The notes: generated by a model not told the origin, from the sequence alone. Positions 19,082 through 30,489 are shown, numbered from the stretch's first letter. The stretch: DNA of 42,969 bases from Dehalococcoidia bacterium (GCA_009783135.1 WRHS01000002.1:1-42969), one strand, 5' to 3'. Translations and numbers: made by a program.

Positions 19082-20011
19082 ATGCGTATAGTCTTCATGG
19101 GAACACCGGCTTTTGCCGTGCCTGTTTTGCGCCAACTGGTATTAAATAACTATGAGTTGACAGCAGTCTACACCAAACAAGACAAGCTGGCAGGCAGAGG
19201 GCAGAAAATATGTTTTTCAGCTGTGAAAAGCGTCTCCTTGGAACTTGGTCTGAAAGTTTTGCAGCCGGTCAGCCTCAAAAACGCAGGGACTCAAGCCGAG
19301 TTGTCGGCGATTGCGCCAGATCTGATTATAGTCGCAGCTTTTGGACAAATCTTGCCCAAGGAAGTGCTGCAGTTACCACGCTATGGCTGTATCAATATAC
19401 ACCCGTCACTGCTCCCACGCCATCGCGGTACCAACCCCATAGCCTCCTCCATACTCTGCGGCGACAAGTGGGGTGGGGTGAGTCTAATGCAGATGGACGA
19501 AGGGCTTGATACCGGTCCGGTTCTCGCACAAACACAAGTGCTGATTCGCGACGATGACACCTCCGACACGCTTTCTGAAAAACTATCTCTTATGTCCGCA
19601 CAAATGCTTATTGATATGATTCCGCGCTTGAGCAAAGGCACAATAGTCCCAAACCCGCAGAACAACTCTCAAGCCACCTATTTCAAGCCAATGACAAAAG
19701 AATCCGGGGAAATAAACTGGGCTTTTCCAGCTGTCGATATTTGGCGCCAAGTACGCGCCTGTCAGCCATGGCCCGGCGCTTTTACACGCTTCAACGGCAG
19801 GATAATAAAGATTTTGGAAGCCTTTCCTTGCGAAACTGAATGCGCTGCCGCGCCAGGCGCTGTAATACCATTGGGAAAGAGTTGTGTCATAAGCACTGGT
19901 CACGGCATGCTGGAATTGCGCAGGGTCCAAATTGAAGGCAAGCAGTCCATGTCTATTTTCGACTTTCTCAACGGGCAGTCTTCTTTTATCGGCGCAACAT
20001 TACCATGCTAG
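19082..20011 (+). CDS. fmt: Methionyl-tRNA formyltransferase
   Basis: MRIVFMGTPAFAVPVL and HPSLLPRHRG motifs. ATG 19082 is preceded by GGGAG. Confidence 0.93.
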   Translation: MRIVFMGTPAFAVPVLRQLVLNNYELTAVYTKQDKLAGRGQKICFSAVKSVSLELGLKVLQPVSLKNAGTQAELSAIAPDLIIVAAFGQILPKEVLQLPRYGCINIHPSLLPRHRGTNPIASSILCGDKWGGVSLMQMDEGLDTGPVLAQTQVLIRDDDTSDTLSEKLSLMSAQMLIDMIPRLSKGTIVPNPQNNSQATYFKPMTKESGEINWAFPAVDIWRQVRACQPWPGAFTRFNGRIIKILEAFPCETECAAAPGAVIPLGKSCVISTGHGMLELRRVQIEGKQSMSIFDFLNGQSSFIGATLPC

Positions 20012-20493
20012 CGTCTCAAAATTTGCGATTCATAGACAGTATCCGCAGGCATATCAGAACGTTGTGCTGCCTCATTAGCCAAGCGATCGCAACGCTCGTT
20101 CTCAACGTGGTTATTATGGCCTCTCACCCAGCGAAACTCCACCTCATGTTTTTGACTTAATTTCAGCAATCGTTCCCACAGATCAGGATTTAGTGCTTGT
20201 TCTTTTTTATTACGCATCCAGCCGTTTGCCTGCCACTTATATACCCAGCCTTCTGTCATAGCGCGCACCAGATATTGCGAATCACTGAAAATAAAAACCC
20301 TGCAACGCTCTCTCAAAAGTTCCAGCCCGGCTATGGCAGCCATTATCTCCATGCGGTTATTAGTGGTAAGACGAAAACCTCCGCATTTTTCAATACGAGT
20401 GCCACTTATTTCAATTATGGCTCCGTAGCCCCCAGGGCCGGGATTGCCCAAACAAGCACCATCTGTATATATCATTACGTCAGGTATGGCCAT
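20008..20493 (-). CDS. rnhA: Ribonuclease HI
   Basis: 161 aa with IYTDGAC.GNPGPGG and the catalytic DEDD pattern, plus GHNNHVENERCDRLA. Confidence 0.9.
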   Translation of the reverse strand: MAIPDVMIYTDGACLGNPGPGGYGAIIEISGTRIEKCGGFRLTTNNRMEIMAAIAGLELLRERCRVFIFSDSQYLVRAMTEGWVYKWQANGWMRNKKEQALNPDLWERLLKLSQKHEVEFRWVRGHNNHVENERCDRLANEAAQRSDMPADTVYESQILRR

Positions 20494-20591
20494 TCAAAAT
20501 AACCTCAAAAGAATCTTTTCCTTAAGGGGCATAGTGGTATTATTCTATGCTGAAGCCTTCGCAACTGATAAATTGATTTGGCAAAAGCGCA

Positions 20592-21848
20592 TCAGTTTCC
20601 TTGCTGTAACTTCTTAGCCAATTTCCCATGTGGCACCTGTTCTTGTTGTGCATTACTAAGGTCGCGCAGAGTTACAACACCTTGCGCGACCTCTTCTTCG
20701 CCAATTATGACAACATACCGGCAGCCAGCACCATCCGCCTGCCTTAGTTGAGCCTTTAGGCTGCGAGGTGTATATGTCACCACTGTAGCGATACCATCCA
20801 GGCGTAGTTCGCCAGCAACTTCAACAGCCTTGCGGCGCGCCACTTCACCAAGCCATGCCACAAAAACCATTGGTTTCACAGGCTCTGGGATAACAATGCC
20901 CTGCTTTTTAAGATTGAGGATTATACGCTCAATGCCAGTGGCAAATCCGACTGCAGCAGTAGGCTTAGCACCCAACTCTTCCATAAGTCCATCGTAGCGT
21001 CCGCCACCAGCGATAGTGCTTTGTCCGCGTTCTTCCTGAGGCTGTATCTCAAAAACAGTCTTGGTGTAATAATCCAAACCACGTACCATGCCGGAGTTTA
21101 TCTCAAACGGTAACTGAAGCGTTGAAAGGTGAGCTTTCAATTGCTCAAAATGCTCAGAGCATTCTTGGCATAAATAATCTACGCTACGCGGCGCTCCTGC
21201 TGTCAAGGGTTGACAGGTAGGCTTTTTGCAATCCAGTAGACGCAGAATATTCTTTTCTGACCTCACCTTACAATCGCCGCACAATCCCTCTTTATGTCCA
21301 GCATAATACTCCCTCAATCTAGACAAGTAGGCAGGGCGGCAGTCGGGACATCCTATGCTGTTAATCTGCAAAGTAAGATTCTTTAATCCAAGTGAGGCGA
21401 AAAAGCGCCAAGCCATATCAATCAACTCAGCATCCGACATAGCATCGCCATCGCCGATGGCCTCAAAACCAAATTGGTGATGCTGGCGGTAGCGCCCCGC
21501 CTGCGGCCGTTCATAACGAAAGATTGGTGCTTGGTAAAATAGTTTGACAGGCTGCGGACAAGATGCCATGCCATGTTCAATATAGGCACGGCACACAGAG
21601 GCAGTTCCCTCAGGACGCAGTGTCATCTGCCCTCCGCTACGATCTGTGAAAGTGTACATTTCTTTTTCTACAATATCGGTATCTACACCCACAGTACGTA
21701 CAAACAGTCCCGCATCCTCGAAAAGCGGGGTATCAATACGCTCATATCCATAAAGCCGAACTATTTCATCAGCTCTTTCTCTCAGAAAATTCCAGTATGG
21801 TTGGTCTTCCGGCAGTATGTCATGTGTGCCATATGGTGCTTGAAACAC
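20592..21848 (-). CDS. hisS: Histidine--tRNA ligase
   Basis: 418 aa with class II motifs (LRPEGT, FRYERPQAGRYRQHHQ, GGGRYD). GTG start. Confidence 0.95.
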   Translation of the reverse strand: MFQAPYGTHDILPEDQPYWNFLRERADEIVRLYGYERIDTPLFEDAGLFVRTVGVDTDIVEKEMYTFTDRSGGQMTLRPEGTASVCRAYIEHGMASCPQPVKLFYQAPIFRYERPQAGRYRQHHQFGFEAIGDGDAMSDAELIDMAWRFFASLGLKNLTLQINSIGCPDCRPAYLSRLREYYAGHKEGLCGDCKVRSEKNILRLLDCKKPTCQPLTAGAPRSVDYLCQECSEHFEQLKAHLSTLQLPFEINSGMVRGLDYYTKTVFEIQPQEERGQSTIAGGGRYDGLMEELGAKPTAAVGFATGIERIILNLKKQGIVIPEPVKPMVFVAWLGEVARRKAVEVAGELRLDGIATVVTYTPRSLKAQLRQADGAGCRYVVIIGEEEVAQGVVTLRDLSNAQQEQVPHGKLAKKLQQGN

Positions 21849-22127
21849 GTCTTTTCTCCTGTCTAATTAAGGCAAGGATAGCGCAAATATCCAAAGGATG
21901 TAAAGATTTCTTTGATATTGTATTTTACAGGTTTTGCATAACTATCTTGTGTTTTTGATAACTGGCTCTTCTTTTTGCACAACTTATTTTTTCTCCACGC
22001 CTAATACGTCACTTTTTGATCCGTTTTGTGTAACTTACAACGCCTATACAGCCATCGTAAATATCATTGTGCTATTATTACAGTTGCTGTTATTTACTAC
22101 ATAACCTAAGTTCAAATATGTAATTAG

Positions 22128-23420
<1,293 letters not shown>

Positions 23421-23424
23421 AGCC

Positions 23425-24030
23425 GTGAATATTGCTGTGATTGGTGGTACCTTTGATCCAATCCACAACGGACATTTGATGGTAGCTGATGCGGTCGCCA
23501 GCAAATTTGATGCGCACGTGATTTTTGTTCCCGCAGGTCAACCTTGGTTGAAGGCCGAGCGCCGTCTTGCACCGATATCAGATCGTTTGGAAATGGTGAG
23601 GCTGGCAATCTGCGGTGATAAGCGCTACAGCCTCTCAACTGCTGAAACAGAGCGTTTTGGTCCAAGTTATACCATTGATACCATCCGCCAGATGAAAGAG
23701 CAGATTATGCCATGTGATGAGTTATATTTTGTTCTTGGTTGGGATAGTTTGCTTGGTCTGTCACACTGGCATGAACCGGAGGCTCTTATACAAATGTGCC
23801 GCCTAATTGCAGTGCCGCGCATAGGATATGGTATGCCGGACACTATGACCATGGAGAGGTTGGTGGCAGGTCTTTCAAAAAGAGTAGTAATAATGGACAA
23901 ACCGGAAATAGATATTTCATCCTCAGCTATCAGAGAACGCATGCGAACAGGATTGCCGCTGGAAAATCTGCTGCCACAGGAAGTTGGGGATTACATCAAA
24001 GAACGCAGACTTTACCTGTACGAAGATTAA
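23425..24030 (+). CDS. nadD: Nicotinate-nucleotide adenylyltransferase
   Basis: VNIAVIGGTFDPIHNGH is the (H/T)xGH motif at the expected N-terminal position, with ISSSAIR near the C-terminus. GTG 23425 lies 5 nt after the obg stop. The ORF track's start at 23362 would overlap obg by 59 nt. Confidence 0.88.
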   Translation: MNIAVIGGTFDPIHNGHLMVADAVASKFDAHVIFVPAGQPWLKAERRLAPISDRLEMVRLAICGDKRYSLSTAETERFGPSYTIDTIRQMKEQIMPCDELYFVLGWDSLLGLSHWHEPEALIQMCRLIAVPRIGYGMPDTMTMERLVAGLSKRVVIMDKPEIDISSSAIRERMRTGLPLENLLPQEVGDYIKERRLYLYED

Positions 24031-24085
24031 AGTGCTGTGTCTTACCAAAAGCATTATTAATCAGGCTGTTTAATCAGTGGACAAG

Positions 24086-26032
<1,947 letters not shown>

Positions 26033-26342
26033 CTATTCACCTTCACTGCTACGAATTGTAATAGATAATTATTTTGCTTAACGAAAGGCGTCCGGCCCAA
26101 GTCGGGCGGGGCGCGATTTTCATATCCGAACTATTTGCGTCATTATAACATATAGTGAAAGTGGCGGAAAACGTCAAAGAAACTGCCAAGCAGAAAAAAG
26201 CTGAGGCTAGTATTGCATCTACGCAGCCAAAGGAGGTATGCGGTTTTGTGCTTCAGCTGGCTGCTTGAAATGGCATATAATACTACTCTGAATATGCAAA
26301 AGAGGGGCAGGTTGTGCTTTTATGTGCTGCAATGGCTTACAT

Positions 26343-27677
26343 ATGGATAAGTATCAGGATGCTTTAAATTATCTCTACAGTTTCGTAGATTATGAGACTT
26401 CGCGACAGGTGCGTTCGTCGGAAAACTACGACTTGCGGCGTATGGAAGAACTTCTTGCGTGCTTTGGGAACCCGCATCTTGCTGCTCCCTGCGTACATGT
26501 TGCCGGAACTAAAGGCAAGGGCAGTACCGCGGCAATGATAGCCTCAGTGCTTACCGCCTCAGGCTACCATACAGGATTGTACACATCCCCGCACCTCATT
26601 GATATAAGAGAGCGCATCCGTGTGGATGGTAGGCTTATTTCGCAGGCGGCACTTGTTAGTTGTGTTGAGCGGCTTAGGCCTGAGGTGGAGTTAATCAATA
26701 CCCGTGCAACATACGGGTGCCTGACTACTTTTGAGGTGCTTACGGCGCTGGGCTTTTTGTATTTTTCTCAGCAAAAGGTGAACTTTCAAGTAGTGGAGGT
26801 TGGCTTAGGGGGACGGTTGGATGCAACCAATGTAGTTTGGCCGGAGGTGTGTGCTATCACTACGCTTGGGCTGGATCACACGGAGGTGCTTGGTGATACG
26901 CTGGCTAAAATTGCCGTGGAGAAGGCTGGCATCATTAAAAGGGGTGTGCCGCTTGTGAGCGCAAGGCAGGAGACAGAAGCTGCGGTAGTTATTGAGAGGT
27001 TTTGTAAGCGTCACAAAGCGGTGCTTGTACGTGCCGGAGTGGATATTGTTTGTGTTGTTCTGCGTGAGTGCAAAAGTGCACAGTTTCTTGAGATAAAAGG
27101 ACGGCTAGGTAACTACTCGGTGGAATTGCCGCTTTATGGACGATTTCAGCGCGAAAATGTTACTGTTGCTGTAGGGGTGTTGGAAATTTTAGCTGAACGC
27201 GGCTTTCACATTACAGAACATAGCATTGCAGAAGGGCTACGAAAAGTGCGTTGGCCAGGGCGCTTCCAGTTGCTTTGCCGCCGTCCGCTGATTGTGGCGG
27301 ATGGAGCTCATAACCTGCAGTCAGCACATGAACTAAAAGCCGCAGTGGTAGATTTTTTGCGAGACAGGCCGTGTGACAAGAGGGTGTTGGTCATAGGAAT
27401 GTCTTCAGATAAAGACTATGTTGCTGTTGCGCAAGAGTTGGCGGATCTTTTCGACGTGGTCATTGCTACGCAATCACGACATTTGCGTGCTCTGGCAACA
27501 GACAAGCTGGCAGGAATTTTCGCAAATACCAACGCGACCGTTATGACAGCGCCGAGCGTGCCCGCTGCCTTGGATGAGGCTGTAAAAATTGGAGGCAAAA
27601 ACGCCCTCATTTGCGCTACAGGGTCGCTGTTTATTGTAGGCGAAGCATTGAAGTGGGCGCGTAAGCCAAACTATTGA
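26343..27677 (+). CDS. folC: Bifunctional folylpolyglutamate synthase / dihydrofolate synthase
   Basis: MDKYQDALNYLYSF..., P-loop VAGTKGKGST, and Mur-ligase middle and C domains. I prefer ATG 26343. Confidence 0.9.
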   Translation: MDKYQDALNYLYSFVDYETSRQVRSSENYDLRRMEELLACFGNPHLAAPCVHVAGTKGKGSTAAMIASVLTASGYHTGLYTSPHLIDIRERIRVDGRLISQAALVSCVERLRPEVELINTRATYGCLTTFEVLTALGFLYFSQQKVNFQVVEVGLGGRLDATNVVWPEVCAITTLGLDHTEVLGDTLAKIAVEKAGIIKRGVPLVSARQETEAAVVIERFCKRHKAVLVRAGVDIVCVVLRECKSAQFLEIKGRLGNYSVELPLYGRFQRENVTVAVGVLEILAERGFHITEHSIAEGLRKVRWPGRFQLLCRRPLIVADGAHNLQSAHELKAAVVDFLRDRPCDKRVLVIGMSSDKDYVAVAQELADLFDVVIATQSRHLRALATDKLAGIFANTNATVMTAPSVPAALDEAVKIGGKNALICATGSLFIVGEALKWARKPNY

Positions 27678-27686
27678 CGTTTGGCG

Positions 27687-27956
27687 TTAAGGCGTGGCTT
27701 CAGCGACATCAAAGTTGGTGCGGGCTTCAACCGGCAACATGTTCCCCAGAACTTTTTCTAAGGCCATGGTATGAGCGCAAAGCCCACGATCATGAAAGAA
27801 ATGGCAGGTACAAGACCACTGGTGATCGGAGTAGCAGACGGTGTGGTCATCGTTTGCACCATGAAAAATGACAGAAAACTCGCTAAAGGTGATGCGCTCG
27901 GGTTCTTGGGCATATCGATGAGCTTTTTCAATTTTGCCAATTAGACTGGACTGCAT
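27687..27956 (-). CDS. Small SWIM zinc-finger protein
   Basis: 89 aa. WSCTCHFFHDRGLCAHTMAL fits the CxCx(n)CxH SWIM signature. A strong SD GAGGAGGTG sits 4 nt upstream of the ATG. Confidence 0.65.
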   Translation of the reverse strand: MQSSLIGKIEKAHRYAQEPERITFSEFSVIFHGANDDHTVCYSDHQWSCTCHFFHDRGLCAHTMALEKVLGNMLPVEARTNFDVAEATP

Positions 27957-27970
27957 GGTGCACCTCCTCT

Positions 27971-28008
27971 TAAAATAAAAGCATCGTGCTCGTACGAGCC
28001 GATGCTTT
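27971..28008 (-). terminator. Intrinsic-terminator-like hairpin plus U-tract in the 5' leader of the SWIM gene
   Basis: The minus strand reads AAAGCAUCG-GCUC-GUAC-GAGC-A-CGAUGCUUU followed by UAUUUUAAG. This is a 9 + 4 bp stem with a tetraloop, and the U-run is UUUUAUUUU. Confidence 0.55.
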
Positions 28009-28039
28009 AGCTTCTTGCTGCAGAAATAAGTACTTTCAT
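28007..28039 (-). CDS. Candidate 10-codon leader ORF (MKVLISAARS)
   Basis: ATG 28039 is preceded by AAGGAG with 11-nt spacing. The TAA stop at 28009-28007 overlaps the first 2 nt of the terminator stem. Confidence 0.25.
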   Translation of the reverse strand: MKVLISAARS

Positions 28040-28070
28040 AGCGGTGATTTCTCCTTGGAATGACACAATC

Positions 28071-28099
28071 ATTTTACTCCTGCCTGCAGTGAATGTCTA
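28071..28099 (-). promoter_or_regulatory. Candidate promoter TAGACA-17-TAAAAT for the leader/SWIM transcript
   Basis: The reverse complement of 28094-28099 is TAGACA. After a 17-nt spacer, the reverse complement of 28071-28076 is TAAAAT. Confidence 0.35.
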
Positions 28100-28186
28100 T
28101 AGGTAGTCAGGCATGGAGGCTGATGGTTGCAAAAAATTTACCACGGCTGTCGCATTTTTGTGCCAGGTTATTGCAAATATTATTAA

Positions 28187-28203
28187 TTGCAAAACGCTTG
28201 CAA
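28187..28203. promoter_or_regulatory. TTGCAA-N5-TTGCAA operator candidate (Nur-box-like)
   Basis: Exact TTGCAA AACGC TTGCAA. Further TTGCAA hexamers occur at 28171-28176 (N10 upstream) and 28127-28132. The right half-site doubles as the -35 of the regulator promoter. Confidence 0.55.
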
Positions 28204-28226
28204 TAAGTGGCTGGCTCTGATAAAAT
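28198..28226 (+). promoter_or_regulatory. Candidate promoter TTGCAA-17-TAAAAT for the Fur-family regulator
   Basis: Exact 17-nt spacer. The -10 ends 10 nt before ATG 28237 and there is no SD, implying a near-leaderless mRNA. Confidence 0.5.
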
Positions 28227-28236
28227 TGTCCCCAAT

Positions 28237-28656
28237 ATGGTTCAGAACAAGGATATTGTGGCGCATCTCTCACAGAGGGGCTATCGTATAACCCCTCAGC
28301 GGCTTATGATTTTGAATGCCATTAATGGTGCTCGCGGGCATATAAGCGCTGAGGAAATTTACGAGAGCATATGCCAAAATTATCCTGGTCTAAATATCTC
28401 TACAGTTTATCGTACGCTGGAGTTATTGAAAGAGATAGGGCTGGTTACCGAAACCGATATGGGTGATGGGAGAGTACGTTTCCATAGTGCAGGGCATGAG
28501 CACCATCATCACTTGGTTTGTTCCGTTTGTGGCCGCGTCATTGATCTTGACGAAGAGATGCTGACCCCATTGACTACTACGCTGAAAGAGAAGTATGGTT
28601 TCTGCGCCGATTTGCAGCATATGGCTATTTTCGGACGCTGCAAAAGCTGCGGTTAA
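28237..28656 (+). CDS. Fur-family metal-responsive transcriptional regulator (Nur-like candidate)
   Basis: 139 aa from ATG 28237. GTG 28207 in the track would lie inside the predicted promoter. Winged-helix ITPQRLMILNAI...ISTVYRTLELL, metal sites HEHHHHLVCSVCG and C-terminal CKSC. Confidence 0.9.
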   Translation: MVQNKDIVAHLSQRGYRITPQRLMILNAINGARGHISAEEIYESICQNYPGLNISTVYRTLELLKEIGLVTETDMGDGRVRFHSAGHEHHHHLVCSVCGRVIDLDEEMLTPLTTTLKEKYGFCADLQHMAIFGRCKSCG

Positions 28657-28673
28657 TTTTTTTGCCTTATAGA

Positions 28674-28687
28674 TGCAACGCGTTGCA
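28674..28687. promoter_or_regulatory. Perfect 14-bp palindrome TGCAACGCGTTGCA with adjacent TTGCGA/TGGCAA hexamers upstream of cbiM
   Basis: ATGCAA-cgcg-TTGCAA-TTGCGA-ataa-TGGCAA spans 28673-28704, in the 64-nt gap between the regulator and cbiM. Confidence 0.4.
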
Positions 28688-28720
28688 ATTGCGAATAATG
28701 GCAAATTGGAGAGGTGAATT

Positions 28721-29362
28721 GTGCATATCCCTGATGGTTATTTGAATGTTGGTACTATGGTCGGCACGGCTGCGGTTTCAGTTGGCGGTGTGGCCAATGC
28801 TGTAAGGGTTGTTAGTAAAAAGTTAGGAGAGAAACAGGTGCCGTTGATGGGTATGCTGGCGGCTTTTGTTTTTGCGGCGCAGATGCTGAATTTCCCGGTC
28901 ACGGCTGGCACATCGGGGCATTTTATGGGGGCGGCTCTATGCGCAATCCTGCTGGGACCGTGGGCGATGGTAATTATTTTTGCATTGGTGCTTATGGCAC
29001 AGTGCTTTATTTTTCAGGATGGTGGCGTGCTATCGCTTGGGGCTAATATCTTTAACATGGGTATTGTTGGAGGGCTTGGGGGATATGCGTTTTACCGTTT
29101 GGGGTTAAAGCTATTTGGCGGGCGATTGCATTCCAAAGTCGTGCCAAGTTTTCTTGCCGCATGGTTTTCGGTGATGTTGGCCTCAGCGGCTTGTGCCTTG
29201 GAAATTGCCATCCCGAACGTCACCCCGCCGCTAAGCGTGGTGTTGCCGGCTATGGTTGGTGTGCATGCCATCATTGGGTTGGTGGAAGGCGCTATCACTG
29301 TGGCGGCGCTGGAACTGATTCGTAGCACACGCGCAGATTTGTTGGAGTTGCAGAAGGCTTAG
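28721..29362 (+). CDS. cbiM: ECF-type Co/Ni transporter substrate-capture component CbiM/NikM
   Basis: N-terminal MHIPDGYL, the metal-ligating signature of the CbiM/NikM family, and multiple TM helices. GTG start preceded by GGAGAGG. Confidence 0.9.
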   Translation: MHIPDGYLNVGTMVGTAAVSVGGVANAVRVVSKKLGEKQVPLMGMLAAFVFAAQMLNFPVTAGTSGHFMGAALCAILLGPWAMVIIFALVLMAQCFIFQDGGVLSLGANIFNMGIVGGLGGYAFYRLGLKLFGGRLHSKVVPSFLAAWFSVMLASAACALEIAIPNVTPPLSVVLPAMVGVHAIIGLVEGAITVAALELIRSTRADLLELQKA

Positions 29363-29364
29363 GA

Positions 29365-29679
29365 ATGTATATGAAAAATAAGAAGTGGTGGCTGTTTGCT
29401 TTTGGTTTCTGTCTTCTTTTGGCGACGCTGTCTCCGCTGGCTTCTTCTTCTCCTGATGGTTTGGAGTATGTGGCTGAGGAAAAAGGTTTTGTGGATATGG
29501 AGAGATCCTCTCCGTTATCCGTCATTGCCGATTACGTTTTTCCCGGCATTGAGAATGAAGCCTTAGCTACCATATTGGCCGGCTGGGTTGGTACCACGCT
29601 TATGTTTATACTGGCATATGGCGTGACATGGCTTGTTTTACGGGCACGCGGTGCAAAATCGCTTCTCAAAACAGACTAG
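29365..29679 (+). CDS. PDGLE-domain membrane protein (CbiN/NikN-position accessory component)
   Basis: 104 aa with an N-terminal signal/TM segment, the literal motif SSPDGLEYVAEE and a C-terminal TM. An alternative ATG lies at 29371. Confidence 0.75.
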   Translation: MYMKNKKWWLFAFGFCLLLATLSPLASSSPDGLEYVAEEKGFVDMERSSPLSVIADYVFPGIENEALATILAGWVGTTLMFILAYGVTWLVLRARGAKSLLKTD

Positions 29680-29697
29680 TGTTTCACATAAAACCAT

Positions 29698-30489
29698 ATG
29701 AAATACCATTTTCTTGACCAGTATCGCGATGCTGAAAGCTTTATTCATAGGCTGGATCCGCGTTCAAAGTTTTTAGCCATGCTGGCTTTGGTGAGCGTTA
29801 TTGTGCTTACCCCACACGATGGTTGGTTGGCATACGGGTTGTTCTTGGTCTTTAATTTGACATTGCTGTTTCTTTCGCGCGTGCCCTTTTTCTATATGCT
29901 TAAACGTTCGCTTGCGGTGCTTCCGTTTGTGTTTATGGTCGCTGTATTGCTGCCGTTTTGTAGCGCGGGAACGGAGGTGTGTGGTGCCAATATTGGTGGC
30001 TGGCATATTGGCATAACACGTGAGGGTCTTATTTTGACAGCTGGCATATTTTGCAAAGTGTGGCTTGCGGTGCTTCCGGTTATTTTGGTTACAGCTACCA
30101 CGAACGTAAATGATCTGCTCAAAGGGTTGGAGAAACTTAAAATGCCCGCCATCATGGTGATGTTGATGAGTTTTATGTACCGCTACTTGTTTGTTATAAG
30201 CGATGAGGCGGAACGGTTGTCTCTAGCGCGCAATAGCCGTAGTTTTGGTGGTGGCGTGCGACTTCATGTGCGCACGCTGGGTTATATGGCAGGGGCGTTG
30301 TTCTTGCGTAGCTATGAGCGCGGTGAGCAAATTTATGGTGCTATGCTCTCACGCGGTTTTGATGGGCACGGTCGCTCGTTGAACCAGCTTAGTATGCGAC
30401 TGGCAGATGTGTTTTACTTGGCAACTATTATGGTCGTGGCGCTTATGATTGCATTATCGCCTCTACTACTAAGGAATCTAAATGCCTGA
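29698..30489 (+). CDS. cbiQ: ECF transporter transmembrane (T) component CbiQ
   Basis: 263 aa. FIHRLDPRSKF is the N-terminal signature, with an ARxxR-like coupling motif (LSLARNSRSFGG). Confidence 0.88.
   Translation: MKYHFLDQYRDAESFIHRLDPRSKFLAMLALVSVIVLTPHDGWLAYGLFLVFNLTLLFLSRVPFFYMLKRSLAVLPFVFMVAVLLPFCSAGTEVCGANIGGWHIGITREGLILTAGIFCKVWLAVLPVILVTATTNVNDLLKGLEKLKMPAIMVMLMSFMYRYLFVISDEAERLSLARNSRSFGGGVRLHVRTLGYMAGALFLRSYERGEQIYGAMLSRGFDGHGRSLNQLSMRLADVFYLATIMVVALMIALSPLLLRNLNA

Noticed and set aside
26155-26268. 37-aa GTG-initiated ORF (VKVAENVKETAKQKKAEAS...) and a GC-rich imperfect hairpin in the 313-nt gyrB-folC spacer
   Set aside because: There is no SD before the GTG. The strong AAAGGAGG inside it is followed by an ATG at 1-nt spacing and only a trivially short frame. 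The hairpin has a mismatch and no U-tract. I could not match the spacer to SRP, 6S, tmRNA or RNase P cores.
28657-28720. Cobalamin riboswitch upstream of cbiM
   Set aside because: The spacer is only 64 nt with no B12-box. The TTGCAA-type palindromes suggest protein-mediated control instead.
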